Shown here one piece after another: positions 12,226-23,887 of a stretch of 64,000 nucleotides of DNA. The notes beneath the pieces are model-generated. The model saw nothing but the letters and a program-made list of their open reading frames with translations, had not been told where the DNA came from and searched no databases. The stretch spans positions 111,476,001 through 111,540,000 of the forward strand of contig NC_083228.1 in NCBI RefSeq assembly GCF_032191835.1, given 5' to 3'. Both the position numbers and the translations under genes were made by a program. Numbering within the stretch: the stretch's first letter is position 1; each line of letters begins with the position of its first letter. Origin of the DNA: Heteronotia binoei (taxonomy: Eukaryota).

Positions 12226-12384
12226 CTTTGTAAAAGCTGGCTTGTTTATTGTACCACCGAGTTTCATGAACAAGAGGGATTCATAGACGACAGCACAAAT
12301 CTCCTTGAATGCTCTTAGCTTTATTGTTTTTTTAAATCTAGTGTGACACATGCCATAACCTACATTTTTTTTATTATCACTCTC
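12226..12384 (-). CDS. Open candidate exon of unidentified minus-strand gene
   Basis: Acceptor ttatttattccag, donor aag/gtaagc; 159 nt, phase 0-0; ESDNKKNVGYGMCHTRFKKTIKLRAFKEICAVVYESLLFMKLGGTINKPAFTK. Confidence 0.55.
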
Positions 12385-12613
12385 CTGGAATAAATAAGCA
12401 GAATAGAAGCACCTTGGTTAAGGCTGAGAGTGCTGATTCACCAGCTATAAGAGACTTGACATTGTATGCCTTCACCATATGCCGCTAATGCATGTACTTT
12501 GGAGAGGCATTCAAGCTGTTGTCATTAACCCAGGATCTGCAGCAAGCTATGAGCTGTACAAGGATATCTAATTTATAGCTTGATTTTCATCTGCACTGCA
12601 GAAAGCTGCTACT

Positions 12614-12838
12614 NNNNNNNNNNNNNNNNNNNNNNNNNNNNNNNNNNNNNNNNNNNNNNNNNNNNNNNNNNNNNNNNNNNNNNNNNNNNNNNNNNNNNNN
12701 NNNNNNNNNNNNNNNNNNNNNNNNNNNNNNNNNNNNNNNNNNNNNNNNNNNNNNNNNNNNNNNNNNNNNNNNNNNNNNNNNNNNNNNNNNNNNNNNNNNN
12801 NNNNNNNNNNNNNNNNNNNNNNNNNNNNNNNNNNNNNN
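12614..12838. other. Assembly gap (N run)
   Basis: Run of N seen directly. Confidence 1.
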
Positions 12839-13689
12839 CAGTTTACAAGTGCAGGTGAAAGATCAGAATGTTCCACATTATTTTGCAATCAACAAATGTT
12901 ATTTAAATATAGCACTTCCCTTTTTTTGCACACATACTTCGACGTAAGTCCCACAAGTTCACTAAGGCAAAAGGTGTATGAGACTGCATTTCCCATTCTT
13001 GGTCTTGGTCTTTCCCTTTTACTTATGCTGTCTGTGTAGTGGAAGTGAAAAATGTGATATGGAACAATAAGCCTTTCAAATGCCAGTTTACTCTCATGGA
13101 AATAAAATGGCTGAAGTCTGAAACCTTATGACAATGAAAAAAGAAAAGAGTTTATGTGCTTCAGTTGCAGTCTCAAAGACCACCTCAACAGCAGCCTTCA
13201 GTACTCTTGTTCTGCCCTTCCTGCTTTGTATTTCTTGTAAAATTTGCTAACAGACACTACCACTCCCATAATATTTCCTAAGTTCAGATAACAGTAAGCC
13301 CCAATTCCCCCCACAATATGGCTGTCAGCCAGCACCTGGCAGGAGACTGGGGGAGCAGGGACAAGGGGGATGCATGCCACAGCTTCAACAGTTTGGCCAT
13401 AGGGTTTCTGGTATATCCTGGATCATTGTGTCTGTACAATGGCATTGCTTCTGGTTTTCTCCCAGAAGTGGCATCATGCCATCAGAGTGACAGTGATTTT
13501 TTTCACAACATTTCCCACACTTCTGCTGCCCTACTGAATGACGATGTTGGGTCAGACCTGGCAGCCCTACCCCAAAATGAAAAGGAAACATCACACATCT
13601 TAAAACAGCAGTATCAATTGTCCGTATAGATCCAGGTAAGCAGCCATATTGGTCTGAAGAAACTTTGTGTACTGAGTCTGTTTTGAAGT

Positions 13690-13860
13690 GCTGGTATTGA
13701 CCTTTAAAGCCCTGTATGGCCAAGGACCTGTCTATCTACAGGACCGCCTTTCCCCATATGTTCTCCAGAGAGCACTGTGTTCATCCCCGGACCAAGGGAG
13801 GCCAGACTAGGCTCTACACGGGCCAGGGCCTTCTCAGTGGCAGCAACCTCCATCAACTAC
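13690..13860 (+). mobile_element. L2 RT C-terminal fragment
   Basis: gtgctggtattgacctttaaagccctgtatggcc...ggaccgcct matches VLVMTFKALYGLGPAYLRD of the L2 at 27704. Confidence 0.75.
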
Positions 13861-14578
13861 AGCCTCAAGACCACAATCACAGCACTCTGCTGAGTTCACA
13901 TTAGAGATTATGTTACTAAATTCATAATCAGTATGGACTCAACAAACTATTGGGGTCTCTTTTTTTCCTTCCATATTATATGAATTTATAGCCTGCTGTG
14001 TTGGCTTTGAACAATCACAAACAGAGCTTCACTCAAGAAAAGGATCTCTTGTTACAGGACTAAAGAGGGTACTGGTTTGTTGCTTTTACAGGTGCATCTT
14101 CCAGTCCTGGCCAAGGGATCCTATCTGTGCATACATAGCCACATTGGGAGTGGGGTTGCCAGGCCCTAGGTGGGGCATGGGGGTGGAGTGGTCATCAGCA
14201 ATGGTGTAACATTTCCCATTGAAAATGATGTAAAATATAGGAATCACTATATTTTCCCTGGAAGTGACATCAGTCCTCTTTAGGTGATTCCTAGAGAAGC
14301 CTGACATCACTTCCAGGTTTTCCCTGGAAGTAAAAGCACACCATCAACTTGATAGTCGAGTTAAAAAAAACAACTCTGGCACTGCTTAGAGTAGTAGTGA
14401 GAAAACATAACTGGGGACACAGAGAGCTGGGGGTAAGAGACACACAGCAGGTTTGAATTGAACTAGTTTTGAGCTCTAGTGAACATGGATAAAAGAAAGG
14501 AAAATAAGGAAGGAAGAAGTGAAGGCTATGCAATAAAATACACCAAGATTTGGAACATACTACAAGACACATAAATCA

Positions 14579-14670
14579 TGTAGATTTGAGTTCAATAGCA
14601 CCTTGGAGACCAAGAAGATGACTGGGGTATAAGCTGTTGAAAGTCAATGGTCCCTTCGTCAGATGAATCA
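14579..14670 (-). mobile_element. Penelope-like pLTR remnant with decayed hammerhead
   Basis: Minus strand atctgacgaagggaccattgactttcaacagcttatac...aaggtgctattgaactcaaatcta; CUGACGA intact, GAAA changed to AACA. Confidence 0.6.
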
Positions 14671-15797
14671 TGGAATGCAAATCGCATACACCAGGGAAAT
14701 AAGAATTTAGCAAGCAATTAAAACAATTCCTAGTGGAAGAAATTTCTTCCCCTCCAGTCCTGAAAGTTTAAAAGCCAGCTGCCTTATGAATGGATAGAAG
14801 TACCCGAGGTGAGACTGTTACCATCTGGGGCAGGGCTTTTACCATCTGCTCTGCTACCTTACCCTTCCCTGTGGATTAGTTTGTTACCAACTGGTTGGCT
14901 TGTATTTAGGCTTGTATTTAGGCCCTGTTGCTTTCTGATATCATAAGCTGCTTTGATTGCACAGTCAGTGCAAAAAGTGGGGTAAAATAATATAAATAAA
15001 TAAGGGGAAAATGGACTTCCGGGGTTGGAAAATGGCGAACTGAGTTGCTTTCTCTAACGGGGGCAGGCTGACACTTCTGTTCAGGGTAGTAAAAGGCTAA
15101 TTAATGCCTTTTGCCTACATTTCTCAGTTAGAGAATTGTCCAAGATATGCACAGATACTTTGAGGAGACTTACCTTGGCTGAAAGGGAGTCCCGGGGGGG
15201 CTCCTTTGAGGCTTTGAGGGATCTCCAGAGAGAAGTTGCATATTCATCGTCTGCAGAAGTTTCCAGAGTCATCAATTTGGCATAAGCTCGACAGGATCCA
15301 AACCTTCTTTTTACAATTTTAAACATCTAATCTACAAAGGACAGGTGTTCATTTGGATAAACTACGGAAAAAAGGTACTGATTGCTATCTCTTCATTCCG
15401 GGACTAATTAAAGTTAAACAAAACAAAAGTAAAAGGTGGGAGTTGGAAATACTGAAAGGAGAAGAAGATAAGGGGCTAAATTTGAACTTTGTAAACTTAA
15501 AAGACAGTGTTAAAAGAAGAAAGGAATTTATTGTTTAGTCTATCTGTGGTTGAGGAGGCAGCCCCATCGTTACAGATCTGCAGCATTCACAGTCAACACA
15601 GGAAATATGTCAGATATCGTGAGATTTCTCTACCAGTGAAACGAGATTTGAAGGCAAGAAAAGCAGGAAGTATTGGAGGAAGAAGAAGGAAGTCAATGAA
15701 GTAAACAGCCTACTCTAGGATATTGAGGACTCAAAAAAGAATTATAAAAAGAAATAGAGAATCTCAGAAATGACACTGTGGTAATAAAGTACAAGAA

Positions 15798-16352
15798 GTG
15801 GAAGAGAGAGTGAAAACACATGACTCCACCTTGTTAAAATTACAAGAAAAAGTGACAATTCATGACTGCAAACTGATGGAAACTCAGATCCATCTGAGAG
15901 GTGTACCTGAAGATGAAGAATCAGACCTGAAAGAATATATAATAAAAATAATTGCAGAATTTTTGGAGGAAGATCCTGAAGGGAATAGAAACATGTATGA
16001 CTATATGTATAGAGTAAATTCACTCTATGCAAAAAAGAACAATCTGCCAAGAGATGTGGTCATAAGATTTATGACAAAAGCAATGGTGGGAAAGATCATG
16101 AATAAAAACTTTGAAAAGTCATTGATAGTGGGAAGCAGTAGAGTAAGAATTATGAAAGAACTGCCAAGACAAGTGCTAACTGATAGAAAGGCATATAAAA
16201 AATTGACAGAAAAATTACGTGACAATGGAATGAGGTACCGATGGATAATACCTGAAGGTTTGAGCTTTAAAAATCAAGGGAAAAGGATTACAATCACAAA
16301 TACACAGGAACTGCGTAGATTTTATGAAGAAAATAAAGAATTTGCACCATAA
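15798..16352 (+). CDS. L1 ORF1p C-terminal part (RRM and CTD)
   Basis: LRGVPED, YRVNS...PRDVVIRF, RIMKELP, YRWIIPEGLSF; upstream coiled-coil part is frameshifted. Confidence 0.88.
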   Translation: MEERVKTHDSTLLKLQEKVTIHDCKLMETQIHLRGVPEDEESDLKEYIIKIIAEFLEEDPEGNRNMYDYMYRVNSLYAKKNNLPRDVVIRFMTKAMVGKIMNKNFEKSLIVGSSRVRIMKELPRQVLTDRKAYKKLTEKLRDNGMRYRWIIPEGLSFKNQGKRITITNTQELRRFYEENKEFAP

Positions 16353-16688
16353 TGGATTACAAATTGATATCTTGGAATGTAAAAGGACTAAATTCACCAC
16401 AAAAAAGAAAGGCAACGTTTCATTGGATAAAAAAACAAAATTGTAATATAGTATGTTTACAAAAAGAGCATATTAGACAAAAGGATTATAAATTCCTGTG
16501 GAATAAACAATTGGGACTAGAATTTTTTACATTGGCTGAACAGAAGAAGAGAGGAGTAGTCTTTTATATTAAACAATAATTAGACCCAAAATTGGTATTT
16601 AAAGATAATGATGAAAGGTATATAGTAGTAGAAATTACTTTGAATGCCAAAAAAACATTGTTGTTGGGACTTTATGCTCCAAATGGTG
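16352..16688 (+). pseudogene. L1 ORF2 endonuclease N-terminus, truncated
   Basis: MDYKLISWNVKGLNSPQKRK...KKRGV...YAPNG with one internal TAA; homology stops abruptly near 16688. Confidence 0.9.
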
Positions 16689-17667
16689 AGGAAGGCAGAT
16701 GTTTTGGTGGGGATTAGACCATTTGTTTTCGGTGGAATGGAGTTGACATTTGTTGAATTTAGGCACCCTCATGGACTCAGTTTTGCTTTTTGAAAAGGAG
16801 GTGGATGTGGTGGCCAAAATCACTTTATATTAGCTGCATGAAGTTTACCGGCCCCTCCCAGCCGGCTGGTTTCGCCAGCGATAGGCTGGGGGGACACTGT
16901 TGCCTACCCAGATGGAGGGAAGGCTGAGCGACGACCTGGCCATCCGGGAATCTGTTGCTGGGCGGGGAGTCGGGGCAATAAAAGCCCCAGCCCCGCCCAG
17001 TGCTTTGCAGTTCTTTTCCGACTCTCAGCAGGAGAGCCACGTAGGAGGAGCGTTCCTGGTTGGGCTTGAGTGGAGGTGCTTGCGAGGGGCATAGTCCGGC
17101 GTTGCAGCTGGCCAGTTGCCCAGCATGAGCAGCAGCAGCCTGGTAGTGGCCGGGTTTAGCTGGCAGGAGCGACGAGACACAAGCGGCTGCGCTTGCAAGG
17201 GGCAAGTCCGACGTCGCAGCTTGGCCAGTCGCCCAGCGCGAGCGGTGGCAGTGTAGAGTGGCTGGGTTCGGCCGGTGGAAGAGCGATGAGACGGGTTTGA
17301 CCTCAAGTGGTTGGGGGCATTAGTGGAAGGACTGCAGGTGCAAGGGGTTTGGCCGGTAGCCCCCCCTTTTACCTCTACTGCGGAGTAGGCCTACGTGGGG
17401 CTGATTGGGAATTTTGTCCCCCCTCTTTTTTGCGCTCATAGCAGGGTTGGTGTACAGGGGAGGTTGATCGAAGGGGGTGGCTGCACAAACCCCCTCCCCA
17501 CCTTTTTTTCTTTTGGTTATCTCCTCTTGCTGGGCATAAGGAAAAGGGGGTAGCAAGGAAAGGGGCAGGCTGGGCAGCCCCTGCCCCCCCTTTTTGAAAT
17601 AGGGCATATATATTTATAAGTGAGTTGGGTGGCCAACCGGGGCAGAGTTAGCACAAGGGCCTGGATA

Positions 17668-19220
17668 ATGGCTCCTAAGAAGGGTCAAGGCCCCTCCAAG
17701 GGGAAGCAGCTGGCCAGGCCTGCAAGGAGGTGGGGCCAGCATCCTGGCTCCCCGGAGCAAGGGGGCCAGGAGGCCCAGATAAGGCAGGCCATTATAGGCC
17801 AATTGGACGCTTTGGAGCAGCAGAGGAGTGCTATGGGGGCGTCTATATGGGAGGGGCGCCGTAAGGCAACGGGTCGATCTGCCCGGTTGACTTTTGAAAA
17901 GGAGGTGCTGGCACGTCTTTCCGCATTACAGGGCGAAGCCGAAGGCATGGACGTGAGACGCGAATCGGACCATGAGGATAGTGATGACACAGGGGAGTTG
18001 CCCGGCAGGGAACCCCAGGCTCGTGGGGCAGTGGAAGAAGTTGGGCAGCTGGCCCCGGTGGTCATGGTGGCTGTTACCCCCTCGGGGGACGTGGTTAAAC
18101 CTTCTTTGCAACACCAACCTCAGGTGTGGCCTTGGGGCTCCTGGGGTTTACCACAGTCAACAGTGTCCCCAAGTATGGCGGGTGGGACAGCGGTAATGCC
18201 TGGAAATGTTGGGCCTTGGGTACCCCAGGATTTGGGTGGGCCGTCTTGGGCCTGGTGCACTCCTGTGGTACCGCCGCCAAGTCAGAGCGGTGCTGATGTG
18301 GCTACTCAGGCCTCTTCACAGGCGGTTGCCTCAGTGGCTCCACAGAGTACCCCCGCCCCACAGCCCGTATTGGGCGTGCTTCCGTGGGTTGGGAAGGACA
18401 GTTGCCAATGCAAGATGGCTGGCCAAGCTCCCTGTATGGCAGGTGGAGCTACCCCCCGAATCCATATGGGACCATAGCATTTCAGGTGCTTCCATATGGC
18501 AATACTGCATTGCCATTGGGGAATCACCTGTCTGTGGCTACAAGGGATAAGATTTTGAGGGGGAATAAGTTGATGTCTTTAGCCTCCTTTTTAGAGAACT
18601 GGAAAAAAAAGGATAAGGAGGAATTAGATGATAAGGAGAAGGAAAAGCTAAAGCGGAAAAAGGTGGATAGGATCTGGGCCAATTGGCTGCCAGGTTTCTT
18701 AATCTATGCAGGGGTTATAGCCAGGGTGCAGCCAGTTCACGGGGCTACACTTTTTCAGTATTGCAACATGTGTACCACACATACACTGATTTTGTTGGTG
18801 TGGCCTAGTTGCAATATGATGAGACCTTGCGGAATGCAGGCTTTAGTCAATCCTGGGCTGCCCTGGGATCAGATTAATCAGCAGCTTTGGCTGCAGTTAA
18901 TGTCACCGGCGAAACCTAACCCAGGGGAATGGGCTGATAGTGGACATCTAGTACATAAGCAACAGGTGAGTGGAGGTGCCCGCAGTACGGCGGGCCAGTC
19001 GGTTCAACCCCAGCTGTTATGTTGGGAATTCACATCCAAGGGCACGTGTTCTAGGAAGGCATGTAAGTTTAAGCACGAGTGCCCGCTGTGTGGTGGGTCA
19101 CATGCCTTTTCAGCCTGTAGCAAGTCCAAACCCAGGGCGGGTGCAAAACACCCCAGGGGAGGGGGTAGTCAGCAGCCACCTGGAAAAGGGACCCAGTCCC
19201 ATACAGCTGAAGGTACTTAG
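17668..19220 (+). pseudogene. Ngaro gag (frameshifted) with CCCH/CCHC zinc motifs
   Basis: MAPKKG...; ALPLGNHL; KEKLKRKKVDR.WANWL; CWEFTSKGTCSRKACKFKHECPLCGGSH. Confidence 0.88.
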
Positions 19221-20793
19221 GCGGTTGCTGGTTAATTACCCCCTGGTGGTGGATAGGGCCTATCTATTAGATGGCTTTTCTTTTGGATTCTGTATTCCAT
19301 ACCAGGGACCTAGAGTACCTTGTTTGGCCCCTAACCTTTGTTCCATGGTAGGAATGGAGCATGTGGTAAGAGCAAAAATAGCTAAGGAGTGTGCAGAGGG
19401 GAGGGTCCTAGGCCCCTTTGAATCTCCGTCAGTACCTACCTTACGGATATCTCCCCTGGGGGTGGTGCCTAAAAAGGCGCCTGGGGAATACCATTTGATA
19501 CACCACTTGTCTTACCCCAGGGGCGGATCAGTTAACGATTCCATTCCGGACGTTCTCTGTTCGGTCAAGTACACCTCGTTTGACCAAGCAGTCAAAGTGG
19601 TTCGGAGTTGTGGTGTGGGGTCTGAAATGGCAAAATGCGACATTAAGTCGGCCTTTCGCCTTTTGCCGGTGCATCCAGAAGACTTTGATTTGCTGGGCTT
19701 TAGTTTTGAAGGAAAATATTACATGGACAGGCCATTACCCACGGATTGCTCAGTGCCTTGTGCTGCTTTCGAGCGTTTTAGTTCCTTTATGCAATGGGCA
19801 CTCAGGGCCAGGTCTGGGCTAAGTGATACGGTTCACTATTTGGATGACTACATTTTCGTGGGCCCGGCGGGGTCCGGGCAATGTGCCAGGCTACTTCGGT
19901 CATTTGAAGAGCTGGCGCAGGAGCTTGGGGTGCTGTTGGCACATGAAAAGACAGAGGGCCCTAGTTCAATGCTTACATTTTTAGGTATTGAATTGGATAC
20001 CACGCAGCAAGCTTTATGGCTGCCTGCGGAAAAAGTGGAAGGTCTCAGAGAGTGATTGGCTTCTCTCAGGAAGCAGTGCAAAGTGTCGTTGCTTGAGCTC
20101 CAACAGATTGTGGGGCATCTCAGCTTTGCGTGCAAAGTTGTGGCACTGGGGAGGGCCTTTTTGCAGTGGCTATGTGACGCCATGGGGTCCTTGCGTCTCC
20201 CTCACCATAGAATCCGAGTAACTACAGGCATGGTCTGGGAGGTCTGGGAGGAATTTTTGGATTCCTTCGATGGAATTTCTTTTTGGCGGGAGGACTTAAA
20301 GATTGAAGGTGAGCTCCAAATATCTTCGGATTCTATGGGGGCCACTGGATTTGGAGTATATTTTCGAGGCCACTGGTGTGCGGAACATTGGCCTGCTGGG
20401 TGGTTGGCCAGTGGGCTCTGCCATGACCTCACTTTTTTGGAGTTCTTTCCTATTGTAGTAGCCGTTTGGCTTTGGGGTGAGCAACTGGCCAATCACACAG
20501 TCCATATCTGATGTGATAACATGGCTGTTGTACATGTTATCAACTCCTTGTCATCCAGGTCAGAATTGGTTATGAATTTGGTGCAGGCATTTAAATTGCG
20601 GTGCCTCCGGTTGAACATTTTATTTCTAGCATGGCATGTTCCGGGAGTGTGCAATGGGGTGGCGGATGCTCTATCTTGCCAACAGATCGAGTGCTTTCGC
20701 CAACTTGCTCCGGAGGTGGACCTGCAGCCTACGCGACTGCCCCAGGAACTTTGGCAGCTTGGGAAGCTGAAGCCAGTAGGGCGATTCAATTAG
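18970..20793 (+). pseudogene. Ngaro RT/RNase H (two premature TGA)
   Basis: SPLGVVPKK, KCDIKSAFRLLP, HYLDDY, HEKTEGP, SSDSMGATGFG, (W)CDNMAVV, HVPGVCNGVADALS. Confidence 0.95.
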
Positions 20794-21664
20794 CATTGGC
20801 TCCAAGCACCCAAAAAGCCTATGGAAGGGCTGACTTGCAGTTTCGGGCATTTAGGAGTGCTGCTGGGTTGCCAGACAGCTGGCCAGTCCCAGTGGCACAT
20901 ATCATGCAGTTTTGTATTCATCAGAAAGATAGAGGGTTAGGGCTGAAGCCAATTAGGGGCCAGTCAGCTGCACTTGCCTTTATCAGTAAAGTGCAAGGAC
21001 TTCCAGAAGGCACAGGTGATTTTAGAGTCAGGAAGATGCTGGAGGGCTGGGCCAGAGAGCGCGGCCCGCGGGCAGATGCCCGGCAGCCCATATCCCCTTC
21101 TGTCCTGCAGGGACTGCATAAGGTTTGGCCTAGTGTGTGTTTAACTTCCTTTGAGGCCACTCTGTTTCATGCGACCTCTTTGGTGGCCTTCTTTGGAACA
21201 CTTTGGATTAGTGAGTTGGTGGTGCAGTCAAAGAAGGACAATTCTGACCAGGCGCTATGTGCCAGTGATGTCAAATTTGAAGAGGGGCAGGTATGGTTGA
21301 CGGTTAGGAGATCCAAAACGGACCAGCATTGAAGGGGCACGATTATTACAATCGACCAGTGTGCAACTACTGAGTTGTGCCCAGTCAAGGTGCTGGAACA
21401 GTATTTTCCGATCAGGGGGGAGGGGGATGGCCCCTTGTTTCGCCACAGAGAAGGTTCCTCCCTGACAAAATACCAATTCTGGGCAGTGACAAGTAGGGCA
21501 TTGGTTAAGTTGGGTTTAGGGGACGTTAAATTTGAGACACATTCATTCCGAATTGGTGCTGCATCCACGGCAGCAGCAATGGGCTATTCGCCCTCTAATA
21601 TACAGCGCATTGGCCGTGGCGGTCAGCAGCTTTCAAATCCTATGTGCGCCCGTTGATCACTTAG
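20750..21664 (+). pseudogene. Ngaro tyrosine recombinase
   Basis: LAPSTQKAY, FFGTLWISE (catalytic R to W), RSKTDQ, HSFRIGAAS, GR(W)...SYVRP; one stop and one 1-nt frameshift. Confidence 0.93.
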
Positions 21665-21742
21665 GAATCCAAGGAGGGCTGGTTAGTATTTTGTGCCCAT
21701 TGGCAATTATTTTCCTGGTGGTGACTGTTTTCTGTTTTCCAG

Positions 21743-22343
21743 GTGCTGTGGCTCGTAGGGAGATGCGTCAGATCCTCAACTGCGGGCACAGTATGGTGTT
21801 CTGGGCTGCCCATCAGGCCAGGAGATCGCCGGTTGGCACCCAGTTGGGCCTCAGTGAGTGGGCAACAGTGGAGTGGCTGGGTTGCCATGGCCTGTGCTGG
21901 TCAGGGATCATGCCACTGTTGTTTTGTGTGAGGAGGGTGCCTCCTCCACACATCCTGGTCATCCACCTGGGGGGGAATGACCTGGGTTTGATGAAGGGGA
22001 AGGCCCTTTGGTGCAGGTGCAAGAGGATCTTCAGGCCATTAAGCAAAGATGGCCAGGAGTTATTTTAGTATGGTCAGCAATTTTGCCACACAGGATCTGG
22101 CAGTCTGCCTTATCCCCTGGGGGGATAGAGTGAGCCAGACGTAAGGCTAACCGGGCCTTACAGAAGGCCATGGAAGGGGGCTTAGGTATATTTCTTCCCC
22201 ATCCGGCCATATGAGTCGAGAATGCCGACTTGTATAGGCCGGATGGGGTTCATTTATCAGAATTGGGTAACCGGGCCTTTTTGGATGAAATAAGGCAGGG
22301 GTTGTGGTCAGCTCTGGGCTGTCCGGTGGGTGCGAATGCCTAA
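21743..22343 (+). pseudogene. Ngaro SGNH/GDSL hydrolase ORF
   Basis: GHSMVFW, HLGGNDLG, DGVHLS blocks; frameshift near 22005 and two stops. Confidence 0.88.
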
Positions 22344-22799
22344 GCAGAGGCTTTGCATTGGCGGTGGCGGTGGCAGGATGAGGTATGGGCCACAATGTTT
22401 TTGGGGAGCACCTATGGCTCAGCACCTGTTGGTGCAGGTGGTCTGTATGAACTGCAGATGGGCTTTACGGCTCAATGCTGGGAGTGCAGATCATGACAAA
22501 GCCTCACCGGGGAGGATCTTTCCAGTGGGATTGATGCCGGCCGAGGTGGAGTTTGGGCCTGGCTGCTCAGCTCCAGCCGGAATATATTGGGCTCATGCTG
22601 GGGGCAGGGTGGCTCGCTCATTCAGGACAAGGCGGGGTCATGGGGTTGACCCCAGGGCTTGTCTGGTTAGGCCCTACCCCTTGCCAGTTTAGTTCGTTCA
22701 AGTTTTTAAATAAAGCAGCCCTGTCTATCCAACATACTGTGTCAGCCTCTTCATTCCGACTGGGTGGGCAAACCAGCTCTCTCCTTTCATAGCCTCGGA

Positions 22800-22905
22800 C
22801 AAATTGGTCATGCTAATCCACATTTTTGTAATCTCATGTTTGGACTACTGTAGCGTATACTATGCAGAGCTGCCCTGGAACCCAGAAACTGCAACTGCAG
22901 GAGCC
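22800..22905 (+). mobile_element. Degraded L2 fragment
   Basis: Translates like IHIFVISCLDYCSVYYAELP...QKLQL. Confidence 0.55.
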
Positions 22906-22949
22906 CAATCAATGGACTTTTCTGCATTCTCATTTTACTAGTCCTTAAA

Positions 22950-23248
22950 TAGCACCCCCATGGCGCAGAGTGGTAAAGCTGCAGTACTGCGGTCTGAACT
23001 CTCTGCTCACGACCTGAGTTAGATTCCGGCGGAAGCTGGATTCAGGTAGCTGGCTCAAGATTGACTCAGCCTTCCATCCTTCTGAGGTTGGTAAAATGAG
23101 TACCCAGCTTGCTGGGGGGAAAGTGTAGATGACTGGGGAAGGCAATGGGAAACCACCCCGTAAAAAGTCTGCCATGAAAACGTCGTGATGCGACGTCACC
23201 CCAGAGTCAGAAACAACTGGTGCTTGCACAGGGGACCTTTCCTTTTTT
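22950..23248 (+). mobile_element. Sauria SINE
   Basis: Colinear and highly similar to 8041-8340. Confidence 0.93.
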
Positions 23249-23635
23249 CCTAAATCCTTCACACACCCTGTTCCTCAAATGTTTTCCTCCTTCTAGTGGC
23301 TGATCTGACATAAAATAGGTTTACTTCCATGGTATGTCCCTACAGATTTAAACTGCTTGAAATTGTAATCATTTTGAGCCAATGGTGAAAGGTGGAGTAC
23401 AAATATTTTAATAAATAAACATTAAGGGAGAAAAGGGATTTGAACTCATGCATCCCAGATTCAAAGCCAACTCTTCATCCAATAGACCACATCGAACCAG
23501 ATTAAGTTATTGTGCCATTTAATCTCCATCCAGCAATGTTTGCTTTTGTGGTCTGAAAGATACAGGACTGCTGCTAATACTCCAGGTATATCCCTGTATC
23601 AGGTTCTCTTCTCCCTTCATAAGATCTGCTTTTAC

Positions 23636-23887
23636 CTACACCATATGTGTCTCTTTTTAAATTGTGTATTATCTCAACCTGCCTATGGCCTTGGTTGGGG
23701 ATCATAGTACTAATGGAAAGGGGGGATTTTTGCTGCTTCCCCCTCCTACTTCAGACCTTCACCTCCTCTCTTATGTCACTCTTGGCTGTCCCTTGGCCCT
23801 TCCAGCAATCATTTTGGGTGGCAGTGAGAAGGGAGGAAGCAACAGAAATCTCCTGCATCAAGCAGAGATTTATCAATGGATCCAAGC
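23636..23887 (-). pseudogene. Candidate exon with one premature TGA
   Basis: Strong acceptor ttttctcttctcacag, donor tag/gtaaaa; 252 nt, phase 1-1; LDPLINLCLMQEIS...EEVKV*SRRGKQ...DTYGV. Confidence 0.45.

Larger units (their letters stand above)
15004..16688 (+). mobile_element. L1-clade LINE, 5' part only (5' UTR, ORF1, start of ORF2 endonuclease)
   Basis: Start ggacttccgg...aaaatggcg; ORF1p RRM/CTD motifs; APE motifs ISWNVKGLN, CLQ, YAPN. Confidence 0.92.
16688..22790 (+). mobile_element. Ngaro-type tyrosine-recombinase (DIRS order) retrotransposon, copy 1
   Basis: Overlapping gag, RT/RH, YR and a fourth SGNH hydrolase ORF; no methyltransferase ORF seen; aataaa at about 22709. Ends approximate. 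Confidence 0.9.

Noticed and set aside
12568-12888. ORFs spanning the N gap
   Set aside because: Artefacts of ambiguous bases.
13198-13723. Cys-rich and TM-like ORFs resembling an EGF plus transmembrane exon
   Set aside because: The region is a decayed tagggttgcc-family MITE plus an L2 fragment; the cysteines are incidental.
18961-18972. Strong donor cag|gtgagt in gag of copy 1
   Set aside because: Phase 0 (out of frame with SGNH) and absent from copy 2.
16688-22790. DIRS1-type ITR/ICR, methyltransferase ORF, or clear Ngaro split direct repeats
   Set aside because: Only aataaa and ttccgact are shared between the ends; no convincing terminal repeats by eye. The Ngaro call rests on ORF content.
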